Shown piece by piece: positions 29,635 to 39,123 of a stretch of DNA of 64,000 nucleotides (positions within the stretch are counted from its first letter, which is position 1; every line of letters begins with the position of its first letter). The notes beneath the pieces were generated by a model. That model was not told the DNA's origin. It did no database searches and worked only from the letters and a program-made list of their open reading frames with translations. Origin of the DNA: Thermoanaerobaculia bacterium (lineage in GTDB: Bacteria; Acidobacteriota; Thermoanaerobaculia; UBA5066); contig JAJVIN010000021.1 of the NCBI GenBank assembly GCA_022071945.1, positions 32,452 through 96,451 of the forward strand, written 5' to 3'. Both the position numbers and the translations under genes were made by a program.

Positions 29635-29805
29635 ATGGCTGGCGACTACGATTTCATCGTGTGCAAGAACTGCGAGACACCGTGCTACATGTTCGACCTC
29701 GACAGGAAAGGGAACATCCAGTCCGCCTTCTGCACGCTGTGCGGAAACGACGATGTGACCGAGTTCCGGCTCCCGGACGCGGACGAGACCGGAGTCGACG
29801 AGTGA
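29635..29805 (+). CDS. Small (56 aa) zinc-ribbon protein, CxxC...CxxC, translationally coupled to purB.
   Basis: GGAGGA sits 4 nt upstream of the ATG. It carries four Cys (CKNC ... CTLC). Its TGA overlaps the purB GTG as GTGA. Confidence 0.55.
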   Translation: MAGDYDFIVCKNCETPCYMFDLDRKGNIQSAFCTLCGNDDVTEFRLPDADETGVDE

Positions 29806-31265
29806 CCCCTGGGCCCGCCGATTCTCTCTTTGACCGGTACGAGAATCCGCTGGTCTCGCGGTACGCGTCGCCAGAAATGGTGCGTCTCTTCTCGGCGCGT
29901 TCGCGGATCGGCACATGGAGAAGGCTCTGGCTGTGGCTAGCCGAGGCCGAGAGGGACCTCGGACTGCCGATTCCCGAGTCCGCTGTCGACGCCCTGAGAC
30001 GCCACCTCATACCCACGGACGGCGAGATGGCCTCCGCGGCCCGGCACGAACGGCAGACGCTCCACGATGTCATGGCTCACGTCCATGCCCTCGGAGAGGC
30101 CGCGCCCGAGGCCAGGGGGATCATCCACCTCGGAGCGACCTCGTGCTACGTGACCGACAACGGGGATCTCCTCATCATCCGGGAGGCCCTGGAACGGCTC
30201 ACCGCCAGGATCGTCAGGGTGATGAATGCCCTGGCCATCTTCGCGCGGCGCCACAAGGCGCTGCCCGCGACGGGCTTCACGCACTTCCAGTCCGCCCAAC
30301 CCACAACGGCCGGAAAGAGAGCCTGCCTCTGGCTGCAGGACCTCCTCCTCGACTACCACGAGATCGTTAGGCAGAAGGAGAACATTCCCTTCCTCGGCTG
30401 CAAGGGAGCCACCGGCACGCAAGCCTCCTTCCTCGCTCTTTTCGAGGGCGATGCGGACAAGGTCGTCGAGCTCGACCGGCGGATCGCCGAAAAGGCCGGC
30501 TTTGGCCGCACGCTCACCATTGCCTCGCAGACGTACACCCGAAAGCTCGACACCCTTGTCCTCTCTGCCGTCTCTGGCCTGGCGGGCACGGCGGGGAAAT
30601 TCGCCAACGACGTTCGCCTCCTTCAGCATCTGAAAGAGCTCGAGGAACCGTTCGGCAAGGGGCAGGTCGGCTCCTCGGCGATGCCCTACAAGCGCAATCC
30701 GATGAAGTGCGAGCGAATCAACTCGCTCGCCCGCTGGCTCATCACCGTCTCGGCAAACGGCGCCTGGACGCACGCTCACCAGTGGCTCGAGCGGACGCTC
30801 GACGACTCGGCCAACAGGAGACTCGCCATCGGCGAGACCTTCCTTTCGGCCGACGCCATCCTGGTCCTCATGGAGGCCGTCGTCACGGGCTTCCACATCA
30901 ACCCCACCGTCATGGAAAGACGGCTCGCCGCCGAGCTGCCGTTTCTGGCCACCGAGAACATCCTGATGGAAGCGGTGAAGCGAGGGGGCGACCGCCAGGT
31001 TCTCCACGAGAGGATCCGGACGCTTTCGCGCGAGGCCGCCGACAGGCTGAACGAGGGCGAAACCGAGAACGTCCTCATCGACGCAATCGCGCAAGACGAG
31101 GTTTTCCAGCTCTCCCGGTCCGAACTGGACAGTCTCCTGTCGGCCGAGCTCTTCACGGGCCGCGCGGCTGACCAGGTCGAGACATTCCTCGATGAGGAAG
31201 TCCTACCGGTCCTGCGCCGGCACGCCGCCGTTCTCGAGACACCGCCCACCGAGGTCACCGTTTGA
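29802..31265 (+). CDS. purB: Adenylosuccinate lyase.
   Basis: SRYASPEM at the N-terminus and the fumarate-lyase signature GSSAMPYKRNP. Confidence 0.9.
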   Translation: MTPGPADSLFDRYENPLVSRYASPEMVRLFSARSRIGTWRRLWLWLAEAERDLGLPIPESAVDALRRHLIPTDGEMASAARHERQTLHDVMAHVHALGEAAPEARGIIHLGATSCYVTDNGDLLIIREALERLTARIVRVMNALAIFARRHKALPATGFTHFQSAQPTTAGKRACLWLQDLLLDYHEIVRQKENIPFLGCKGATGTQASFLALFEGDADKVVELDRRIAEKAGFGRTLTIASQTYTRKLDTLVLSAVSGLAGTAGKFANDVRLLQHLKELEEPFGKGQVGSSAMPYKRNPMKCERINSLARWLITVSANGAWTHAHQWLERTLDDSANRRLAIGETFLSADAILVLMEAVVTGFHINPTVMERRLAAELPFLATENILMEAVKRGGDRQVLHERIRTLSREAADRLNEGETENVLIDAIAQDEVFQLSRSELDSLLSAELFTGRAADQVETFLDEEVLPVLRRHAAVLETPPTEVTV

Positions 31266-31912
31266 CACGCCGGCGGGAGCTTTTCGCCTTGGCTCTCGCC
31301 GGGGTCTGTCTCGTGTCGGGATGCTCCTCTGCCCCGAAGACCGGCGGCCTCCCCGCCAGGGAGGGCGCCGTGGAACGCGGCATGGCCTCGTGGTACGGCC
31401 AGGAGTTCGCCGGGCTGCCCACCGCCAGCGGCGAGATCTTCGATCCCGCCCGGGTCTCGGCGGCGCACCGGACCTTGCCGCTCGGGACGCTCGTGGAGGT
31501 CACGAACGAGAAGAACGGTCTGTCGGTCTCCGTGCCGATCAACGATCGCGGCCCCTTCATCGCGGGCCGGATCCTGGATCTCTCCCGCGCCGCGGCCGAG
31601 GCTCTCGGGGCCGTCATCGACGGAGTCGTCCCGGTCTCGATCCGTGTGCTGGCCCTCGGAGACAACTCCAGGCGCCCCTCGGGTCCTCCCGTGAGCGCGT
31701 GGGTCGTCCAGGCCGGCGCCTTCTCGAGCGAAGAGAATGCCGTGAAGGTGCGTGATCTCTTATCCCGAAGCTATCCGAATCCGTATCTTGAGAAGTACCT
31801 CGGCCTCCTGCGGGTCAAGTTCGGGCCCTACGAAAAGCGCCAGGATGCCGAGGAAGCGCGCGAGTCACTCGGAACGCTCGGACTGGCGGGAATCGTTCTC
31901 CCCCTCCAGTGA
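31262..31912 (+). CDS. rlpA: Septal-ring lytic transglycosylase RlpA-family lipoprotein with a C-terminal SPOR domain.
   Basis: Lipobox VSGC. DPBB domain GMASWYG...G..TASGE. C-terminal SPOR-like region WVVQAGAFSSEENA. Confidence 0.8.
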   Translation: MTRRRELFALALAGVCLVSGCSSAPKTGGLPAREGAVERGMASWYGQEFAGLPTASGEIFDPARVSAAHRTLPLGTLVEVTNEKNGLSVSVPINDRGPFIAGRILDLSRAAAEALGAVIDGVVPVSIRVLALGDNSRRPSGPPVSAWVVQAGAFSSEENAVKVRDLLSRSYPNPYLEKYLGLLRVKFGPYEKRQDAEEARESLGTLGLAGIVLPLQ

Positions 31913-31966
31913 GGTTCCAATGGCTCTCGCGAGCCCGCGACAGAAAAGCTCCGAAGGAGTTCGACC

Positions 31967-33874
31967 ATGAGTGATTCCGACGTTTTCCCGATCGACCCTG
32001 TCCCCGAACCGCCCGCGGCTCCCGCTCCAGCGGCGCCCGTTCCTGCGGCGCCGCCTCCGCCCGCCGCGCAGGCTCCAGAACCCGCCCCGCCCGCGGCTCC
32101 GAGGAAGCCAGGCCGCGGCCTGAAGTTCCTCTTCATCGGGGCCGGCATCTTCTCCCTCCTGGTTCTCATCGCCGCGATCGGCTTCCTCCTCTTCGGAAAG
32201 AAGATGGCGGTCAAGGGCGGGACTGTCCTCGAGCTGAACCTCGAGTCGGCGTACCCCGAAATCGCGAGCGATGGTCCCTTCGCGTTCGGTAAGAAGACCA
32301 TGACCCTCGCGGATCTGACGGGCACCATCGATCGGGCCGCCACGGACGAGCGAGTGTCGGGGCTTCTGGCTCGAATCGGAGCCAGCGCGACCGGAATGGC
32401 GGAGACCCAGGAGATCCGGGACGCGATCAAGCGATTCCGGGCCTCGAAGAAGTTCGCGGTGGCCTACTCCGAGACCTTCGGCGAGTTCGGGCCCGGGAAC
32501 GGCTCCTACTACCTCGCGACGGCCTTCGACGAGATCTACCTCCAGCCGTCCGGCGACATCGGACTGAGCGGGTTCGTCCTGGAGTCCCTCTTCCTTCGGG
32601 GGATGTTCGACAAGATCGGCGTCAAGCCCGAGTTCGACCACCGCAAGGAATACAAGAACGCGATGAACACCTTCACCGAGAAGGCCATGACCCCCGCCCA
32701 CCGCGAGGCGATGGACGGGATCCTGCAGTCGCGCTACCGGCAGCTGGTCTCCGGAATCGCCGAGGCCCGGAAGATGAGCGAGGACGAGGTCCGAACGACC
32801 ATCGACAACGGACCGTACCTGGGGCCCGAGACGGTGAAGGCGAAGCTCGTCGACGGGCTTGCCTACTGGGATGAAGTCACGAAAAAGGTCAAGGAGCGGG
32901 CCGGCAAGAACGGACACCTCATGAAGGCTTCCCGCTACCTCGACGCGGAGGGACTCCTTCACGAAGAGGGCAAGCACACGATCGCCGTCATCCACGGAAT
33001 CGGCGGCGTGGCGCGCGGCCGGAGCAGCGTGAACCCGGTCACGGGGAACGCGACCATGGGCTCGGACACCGTGACCCACGCCTTCCGCAAGGCCGCCGAG
33101 GACAAGTCGGTGAAGGCCATCGTCTTTCGCGTCTCGAGTCCCGGAGGGTCCTATGTCGCCTCCGACGCCATCTGGCGGGAGGTCGTCAACGCGAGAAAGG
33201 CGGGCAAGCCCGTGATCGTCTCGATGGGCGAGGTGGCGGGTTCGGGCGGCTACTTCGTCGCCATGCCCGCGGACAAGATCGTCGCCCAGCCCGCAACCAT
33301 CACCGGCTCGATCGGAGTCCTGTCCGGGAAGTTCGTGACCAAGGAAATGTGGGAGAAGCTCGGGATCACCTTCGACCAGGTGGAGGCCGGCAAGAACTCC
33401 AACTTCTGGAACAGCTCGAGAAGCTACACCCCGGCCGAGTGGGAGCGGTTCCAGGCCTGGCTCGACCGGATCTACGAGGACTTCACGAAGAAGGTCGCCG
33501 AGGGAAGAAAGCTCCCGATTGAGAAGGTCCAGGAAATCGCCAAGGGCCGTATCTGGTCAGGAGAGGAAGGAAAGAAGATCGGGCTCGTGGATGAGCTGGG
33601 AGGAATGGAGACCGCCATTTCCCTGGCCCTGAGGGCCGCTGGCCTGAAGGACACCGACTCGTACAAGCTCGAGGTCTTCCCGAGAAAGAAGGCGCCGTTC
33701 GAAGCCCTCATGGCGGCTTTTTCGGGCCAGGACGAGGATGCGGCGGCTGCATCGGTCTCCTCCCAGGAGGAGCTCATCCGGACCCTTCGGCCCCATCTGA
33801 AGAAGCTCGAGGCCATGGGCGTGATCGGCGAACCGCCTGGAGTCCTGTCGATCCCGCCGGTCGAGATGCAGTGA
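31967..33874 (+). CDS. sppA: Signal peptide peptidase SppA (protease IV), 67K type.
   Basis: Two ClpP/crotonase-like halves. The serine nucleophile is in the GEVAGSGGYF context, and the N-terminus has a TM anchor. Confidence 0.85.
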   Translation: MSDSDVFPIDPVPEPPAAPAPAAPVPAAPPPPAAQAPEPAPPAAPRKPGRGLKFLFIGAGIFSLLVLIAAIGFLLFGKKMAVKGGTVLELNLESAYPEIASDGPFAFGKKTMTLADLTGTIDRAATDERVSGLLARIGASATGMAETQEIRDAIKRFRASKKFAVAYSETFGEFGPGNGSYYLATAFDEIYLQPSGDIGLSGFVLESLFLRGMFDKIGVKPEFDHRKEYKNAMNTFTEKAMTPAHREAMDGILQSRYRQLVSGIAEARKMSEDEVRTTIDNGPYLGPETVKAKLVDGLAYWDEVTKKVKERAGKNGHLMKASRYLDAEGLLHEEGKHTIAVIHGIGGVARGRSSVNPVTGNATMGSDTVTHAFRKAAEDKSVKAIVFRVSSPGGSYVASDAIWREVVNARKAGKPVIVSMGEVAGSGGYFVAMPADKIVAQPATITGSIGVLSGKFVTKEMWEKLGITFDQVEAGKNSNFWNSSRSYTPAEWERFQAWLDRIYEDFTKKVAEGRKLPIEKVQEIAKGRIWSGEEGKKIGLVDELGGMETAISLALRAAGLKDTDSYKLEVFPRKKAPFEALMAAFSGQDEDAAAASVSSQEELIRTLRPHLKKLEAMGVIGEPPGVLSIPPVEMQ

Positions 33875-33906
33875 AGGGGCTCCCCTCACCGGCGTAGACT
33901 CGACGC

Positions 33907-34545
33907 ATGTCGGCAATCGCGAAGCACATCGAGGACGAAGAGCGGGAGGCGCGGCCGGAGTTGCCGGCCGTGCCGAACTTCACGGAGATCTTCCACGAGA
34001 TGGAGGCGACTCTCGAGAAGCTGCCGGATCGCCCCAGGGTGGAGATCATCCGGGGCATCTTCGCCATGTCGCCCCGGCCGAGAGTCAGGCACAACCTGAC
34101 CATTACGGCGCTACGCGCCCACCTCCACGACGCATTTGGACGGACCTCTGGGGCTGAGGCCCCCGAGTGGCTGTTCGTGGAGGAAGCCGAGCTCAAGTCA
34201 GAGGTGACATTGACGAGAGTCGTCCCCGACATCTCCGGGTGGCGCCGCTCGACGACCGGCTGGCCAGGGCTCGACGAATCCCTGATCACCTTGATGCCTG
34301 AATGGGTCTGCGAGGTCCTGTCGCCATCGAACGCCGCGACAGACCGCGGCGCAAAGCTCGAGGCTTACGGCTTGATGGGCATCGGATGGGTCTGGATCGC
34401 CGACCCGCAGGAGAGGACAATCGAGACCTTCGTCAATATCCGGGGGCAAATGAAGCCCGAGACGACAGCGGCGCCCGGTTCCGTGATCCAGGCGCCGCCG
34501 TTCGAGAGCCTGCCAGTCCGGCTCGACGAGATCTTCCCGAGCTAG
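33907..34545 (+). CDS. Uma2-family (DUF820) putative endonuclease.
   Basis: PEWVCEVLSPSN...D...K.EAY core of the Uma2/PD-(D/E)xK family. Confidence 0.75.
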   Translation: MSAIAKHIEDEEREARPELPAVPNFTEIFHEMEATLEKLPDRPRVEIIRGIFAMSPRPRVRHNLTITALRAHLHDAFGRTSGAEAPEWLFVEEAELKSEVTLTRVVPDISGWRRSTTGWPGLDESLITLMPEWVCEVLSPSNAATDRGAKLEAYGLMGIGWVWIADPQERTIETFVNIRGQMKPETTAAPGSVIQAPPFESLPVRLDEIFPS

Positions 34546-35642
34546 CGGCCCCTGACAGGACGCCGGAAAGCGCTCTGCACGAGCTTTCCGAGGAGCACGG
34601 GGAGGCTCGTGCCCGTGGCCTCCCACATCTTCGGGTACATCGAGATGGGCGTGAACCCCGGCAGCGAGTTGATCTCGTTGAGGAGGATCTTTCCGCTCGA
34701 CCGCTCGAGGAAGAAGTCCACTCTCGCGAATCCCGCGCCGCCAACGGCGTCGAAGGCCGACACGGCGAGTGCGCGGATCTCCTCGACCAGCTCGGGTGCA
34801 AGGGCGGCCGGGATCACCGGCCGCGACGTGTTGTCGATGTACTTGTCCTCGTAGTCGTAGAACTCGTGGCCCGGGATGATCTCTCCCGGCAGAGACGCCA
34901 GCGCCGGCTCGCCGGCCTCGCCCTCGAGAACCGAGCACTCGATCTCGCGGGCATCGACGCCTTCCTCGACGATGGCTTTCGTATCCATCTCCAGGGCGAG
35001 CGCGATGGCCCGGTCGAGGTCGTTCACCGACTTGACCTTCGTCACGCCGACGGACGAGCCGGCGCAGGCCGGCTTGACGAAGACGGGCATCGGCATCATC
35101 TCGAGACGTTCTTCGAGGAGGTGGCGGCGTCCTCCGCTCCCCCAGTCGCTCTTCGTCACGGGCACGTAGTGCACCTGAGGAAGACCGGCGGCGGAGAAAG
35201 CAGCCTTCATCAGGATCTTGTCCATGCCGACGGCCGAGGCGCTGACCCCGCAGCCGACATAAGGGATGTTGAAGGACTCGAAGAGCCCCTGGTAGACGCC
35301 GTCCTCGCCGAAGGTGCCGTGAACGATTGGGAACATGACGTCGACACGGGAGGCGCCGTGAGCCGCGAGAAAAGACCCGATGATGGCCTCTGGCTTCGCG
35401 AGCTCGCTGCCGGGCTTGACGCCGTCGAAGAGGAGGGCGTTGTCTGGGCGCGCGAACTGCGCCGTCATCTCCTCGGCCGAGGCCTCGGGAGTGTGCCAGA
35501 GCCCATCCTTGGAGACGAAGAGAGGGACACTCTCGTAGAGGTCACCGGGCAGGTTCTCGAGGAGACACTTAGCGGAGTAGAAGGAGACTCCGTGCTCGCG
35601 CGAGGGGCCGCCAAAGACGACCCCGACTCGTATCCGGCTCAC
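34542..35642 (-). CDS. ddl: D-alanine--D-alanine ligase.
   Basis: RIRVGVVFGGPSREHGVS at the N-terminus and an ATP-grasp domain. Confidence 0.9.
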   Translation of the reverse strand: MSRIRVGVVFGGPSREHGVSFYSAKCLLENLPGDLYESVPLFVSKDGLWHTPEASAEEMTAQFARPDNALLFDGVKPGSELAKPEAIIGSFLAAHGASRVDVMFPIVHGTFGEDGVYQGLFESFNIPYVGCGVSASAVGMDKILMKAAFSAAGLPQVHYVPVTKSDWGSGGRRHLLEERLEMMPMPVFVKPACAGSSVGVTKVKSVNDLDRAIALALEMDTKAIVEEGVDAREIECSVLEGEAGEPALASLPGEIIPGHEFYDYEDKYIDNTSRPVIPAALAPELVEEIRALAVSAFDAVGGAGFARVDFFLERSSGKILLNEINSLPGFTPISMYPKMWEATGTSLPVLLGKLVQSAFRRPVRGR

Positions 35643-37246
35643 GACAGCGTCACGATCCTCGCCGCCAGGATGCCGGGCAAACCCAGGAGCGAGGCGGTCA
35701 GGGCGTCCTCATCGAGGCCGGTCTCTGGCCGGTCGATCTTCACGACCGCCGCGGCGCGCGACTCCGAGCTGCGGGCCAGGGCGAAGTCGGCGATGTTGAT
35801 CCCGAGCTCTCCCAGCTTGGTACCGATCCGGCCGACGACACCGGGCACGTCCCGGTTCTCGATGAAGATCAGGTTGCCTTCCGGCGTGAATTCCATCGGC
35901 AGGCCATCGACCGCGACGATCCGGCAATGGCGCTCGCTGAAGAGGGTGCCCGACACACTTCGCCGCGAGGAAGCCGACGAGAGCGTGACCGTCACGAGGT
36001 TCGCGAACCCCTCGGGACCTCCCTCCACGATCTCGGAGATGGAAAGGCCCCGTTGCCGGGCGATGGTCGGAGCGTTGACGAGGTTGACCGCCTCGGCACA
36101 GCGCGGGGTGAGGACGCCTCGAACGGCCGCTACCGTGCAGGCCTTCTGGACGCCCGGGGGCACTCCCGACAGCGAGACCTCGACCTTGACGGGCGCTTCC
36201 TTCAAGAGCTGGCTCGCAAGCTCGCCAGCCGCCCCCGCGAGGCGCATCCAGGGAAGGGCCGTGTGCGGATCGCCGCCCGCGGGGAAGGGAAGGTTGACAG
36301 CCGCAACGAAGGGCGAGCCCGAGAGCGCTTCCACGAGCATCTCCACGGTCTCGACCGCCACGCGGTCCTGGGCCTCGACGGTGGAGGCCCCGAGGTGGGG
36401 AGTGCAGATCACCTTCGGGTGCGAAATGAGGGCAAAGTCCTTGGGCGGCTCCTCGACAAAGACATCGAGCGCGGCGCCCGCGATCTTCCCGGAATCGAGT
36501 CCCGCGAAAAGAGCGGTGTCGTCGATGAGAGTCCCGCGGGCGCAGTTGACGAGGTAGACCCCCTCCTTCATCTGCGCGACACGGGCCTCGTTCACGAGCC
36601 TCGCCGTCTCGGCGGTCGACGGCGTGTGCAGGGAGATGATGTCCGCGCGAGAGAAGAGCTCATCGAGGGAAACCAGGTTGATTCCGAGCTCGGCGGCCTT
36701 TTCTGGCGGAATGTACGGGTCGTAGGCCAGAAGGCTCACCTGCCAGGGCCGAAGCCGGGCCGCCACGCGTGAGCCGACCTGTCCGAGGCCGACGAGCCCG
36801 ACTGTCTTGCCCTGAAGCTCCGTTCCGACGAACTGGGTCCTCTTCCACTCCCCGGCCTTCAGGGAGACGTGGGCCTGGGGGACGCGCCGGAGGAGAGCCA
36901 GCAGCATGGCAATCGAGTGCTCGGCCGCCGAAACGACGTTGCCCGAGGGGGCGTTGACGACGAGGACTCCGAGCTCCGTCGCGGCCTTCACGTCGACGTT
37001 GTCCAGACCGACTCCGGCCCGGCCGACAACTCGAAGGTTCGTGCCCGCGGCCAGGAGCTCGCGATTGACCTTGGTGGCCGAGCGAACGACGAGGCCGCCA
37101 TAGCCCGGAATGATCGACAGGAGCTCCTCGCGGCTGATCCCGGCCTTCACGTCGAAGGAGAGACCGGCCTGCGAGAGGATCGCGAGGCCGGTCTCGGAAA
37201 GCGGTTCAGCGACGAGGACGGAAGAGTTCTTCGGCCGGGCGCTCAC
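35639..37246 (-). CDS. serA: D-3-phosphoglycerate dehydrogenase with a C-terminal ACT domain.
   Basis: GLVGLGQVG Rossmann motif, the 2-hydroxyacid dehydrogenase catalytic region, and an ACT domain. Confidence 0.9.
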   Translation of the reverse strand: MSARPKNSSVLVAEPLSETGLAILSQAGLSFDVKAGISREELLSIIPGYGGLVVRSATKVNRELLAAGTNLRVVGRAGVGLDNVDVKAATELGVLVVNAPSGNVVSAAEHSIAMLLALLRRVPQAHVSLKAGEWKRTQFVGTELQGKTVGLVGLGQVGSRVAARLRPWQVSLLAYDPYIPPEKAAELGINLVSLDELFSRADIISLHTPSTAETARLVNEARVAQMKEGVYLVNCARGTLIDDTALFAGLDSGKIAGAALDVFVEEPPKDFALISHPKVICTPHLGASTVEAQDRVAVETVEMLVEALSGSPFVAAVNLPFPAGGDPHTALPWMRLAGAAGELASQLLKEAPVKVEVSLSGVPPGVQKACTVAAVRGVLTPRCAEAVNLVNAPTIARQRGLSISEIVEGGPEGFANLVTVTLSSASSRRSVSGTLFSERHCRIVAVDGLPMEFTPEGNLIFIENRDVPGVVGRIGTKLGELGINIADFALARSSESRAAAVVKIDRPETGLDEDALTASLLGLPGILAARIVTLS

Positions 37247-38388
37247 GCCCCGGCTCCGGCTGCCGCGGGCACCTTCGCGCGGAGCTTCTCCACACAGCGG
37301 TCATAGGCCGCCAGGAGGTTCCTGATGGACTCGACGTCCACGTCTCCCATGTGGCCGATGCGGATGTTTGTCTCCTTGACCTTTCCGTAGCCAGAACCAG
37401 GCGTGATGCCCTCGTTCTTGATGACCTTGTTGAGCTCGACGGCACTGATCCCCTCGGGCGGATAGAGGGACGAAACCGTCGGCGAGTGAGCGCCATCCAC
37501 GGGGAAGAAGCGGAACCCGCTCGTCTTCGTCCACTCTTCGATCACGGACAGCATCTCGTGGTGCCGGGCCCAGCGGTTCTCCAGCCCCTCGGCCAGGATG
37601 TGGTCGAGCTGGACGTCCATGGCGTAGAGCAGCGGAAGGCTCGGCGTCGTCGGGTTCTGCTTCTTCTTTCCGAACTCATGGACGTCGATGATGTCGAGGT
37701 AGAGGCCGCGGAACTTCTTGTTCCGGGCCGCCTCCAGAGCCTTCTCGGAGACGGAGAAGAGGGCGATGCCGGGCGGAAGCGCCAGAGCCTTCTGGGAGCC
37801 GCACACGGCGATGTCGATCCCCCACTCGTCGACCTCGACCTTCGTTCCGGCCAGGGACGTCACGACGTCGACGAAGATCAGGGCGTCGGAATTCTCCTTG
37901 ATGACCTTGCAGATGGCGGCGATGTCGCTGATGGTGCCCGTCGAGGTCTCGTTGTGGACCACCGTGACGGCCGCGTACTTCTTGGCGAGGAGCTTGGCCT
38001 TAACGTCATCGGCCAGGATGGGCTTGCCCCAGTCGACCTTCAGGATGTCGGTCTCGAGGCCGAGCTTCTTGCTCATCTCGCCCCACTTGTCCGAGAACGC
38101 GCCATTGCAGCAGGCGAGGACGGGACCCTCCACGCACGAGACGAGGGCCGCTTCCCACACGCCGGTCGCCGAGGTGGCGAGGGTATGGGCGGCGCCCTTG
38201 GTCCGGAAGAGCTTCGGGAGGCGATCGAGGATCTTGCCGTACAGGTCCGAGAATGCCGCGGAGCGGTGCGACATCATCGGCCCGCCGAGTGCCGCCAGAA
38301 CCTGGGGCCGAACCCAGACGGGGCCTGGGTTGAAGAACTTCACCTTGCCGGCAAAGCCGCTGGTCGAGTCGAATTGTTCGGTGCTCAT
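37243..38388 (-). CDS. serC: Class V aminotransferase (phosphoserine aminotransferase / serine-pyruvate type).
   Basis: PLP-lysine context SQKAL. Operonic with serA through a 4-nt overlap. Confidence 0.75.
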   Translation of the reverse strand: MSTEQFDSTSGFAGKVKFFNPGPVWVRPQVLAALGGPMMSHRSAAFSDLYGKILDRLPKLFRTKGAAHTLATSATGVWEAALVSCVEGPVLACCNGAFSDKWGEMSKKLGLETDILKVDWGKPILADDVKAKLLAKKYAAVTVVHNETSTGTISDIAAICKVIKENSDALIFVDVVTSLAGTKVEVDEWGIDIAVCGSQKALALPPGIALFSVSEKALEAARNKKFRGLYLDIIDVHEFGKKKQNPTTPSLPLLYAMDVQLDHILAEGLENRWARHHEMLSVIEEWTKTSGFRFFPVDGAHSPTVSSLYPPEGISAVELNKVIKNEGITPGSGYGKVKETNIRIGHMGDVDVESIRNLLAAYDRCVEKLRAKVPAAAGAGA

Positions 38389-38454
38389 ACCCCGAATTCT
38401 AGTCCGGGGAGACTCCCACGGCCGGAGGCGACCAGACCAAAGTCCGGGGTGCGG

Positions 38455-39123
38455 CTAGTCAGCGAAAAGGTCGAGGATGTCCGTCAGGGAATCGACGAGG
38501 TAATCGGGCCGGGCGGACTCAAGCTCCTCGCGAGACGACGAGCCGGTCGGCAGGACGGCGACCGGCATGCCGACCGCCCGGGCGGTTTCGACATCGATCG
38601 GCATGTCCCCGACAAAGAGACTGGAAGAGGGCGGAACACCCATTGCGCCGAGCGCGGCGACGACCATGGCGGGATCCGGCTTGGGCGGAAACTCGGGAGT
38701 CGGCCCGGCAATGACACGAAACCTCGGGGCGAGACCGAGCTCTTCCAGAAGCTGGATGGAGAACTGCAGGGGCTTGTTCGACGCCACGGCCAGGGGAACG
38801 CCGCGGCTGGCGAGATCCCGGGTCACCTGCTCCGCCCCGGGCAAGAGTTCGGTCATCTCGGGTCCGCTCCGGGCATAGCTCTTCCGGAACATGTCCACAC
38901 CCAGGGGAGCACGTTCGGGACCGAGAACCTTTCGCATGAGGGCTTCGAGACCATTCCCGACGAGCCGGCGGGTTTCTTCCCTGCCGATCGGCGGCTCGCC
39001 GAAAGCGGCGAGAACCTCGTTGAGCGAGAGATTGATGGCCGAGTAGGAATCGATCAGGGTGCCATCGAGGTCGAAGACACAACCCGAGAAGCGAGGCGAG
39101 CCGTTTCGCGGCTTCTCAGTCAT
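38455..39123 (-). CDS. HAD-superfamily hydrolase (phosphoglycolate phosphatase-like).
   Basis: Motif I DLDGTL and motif IV GD..D. The start is chosen at MTEKPRNG. The upstream extension in the track is unsupported. Confidence 0.75.
   Translation of the reverse strand: MTEKPRNGSPRFSGCVFDLDGTLIDSYSAINLSLNEVLAAFGEPPIGREETRRLVGNGLEALMRKVLGPERAPLGVDMFRKSYARSGPEMTELLPGAEQVTRDLASRGVPLAVASNKPLQFSIQLLEELGLAPRFRVIAGPTPEFPPKPDPAMVVAALGAMGVPPSSSLFVGDMPIDVETARAVGMPVAVLPTGSSSREELESARPDYLVDSLTDILDLFAD

Noticed and set aside
28255-29916. Extended 553-aa version of arginine deiminase. The same issue applies to 38455..40029 (HAD), 18679..20934 (aroA), 19941..21035 (phosphoesterase), 21229..22746 and 22098..23474.
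   Set aside because: The N-terminal extensions are Arg/Pro-rich, lack an RBS, and overlap neighbouring genes. Family-typical N-termini with RBS or coupling overlaps occur at the internal starts chosen.
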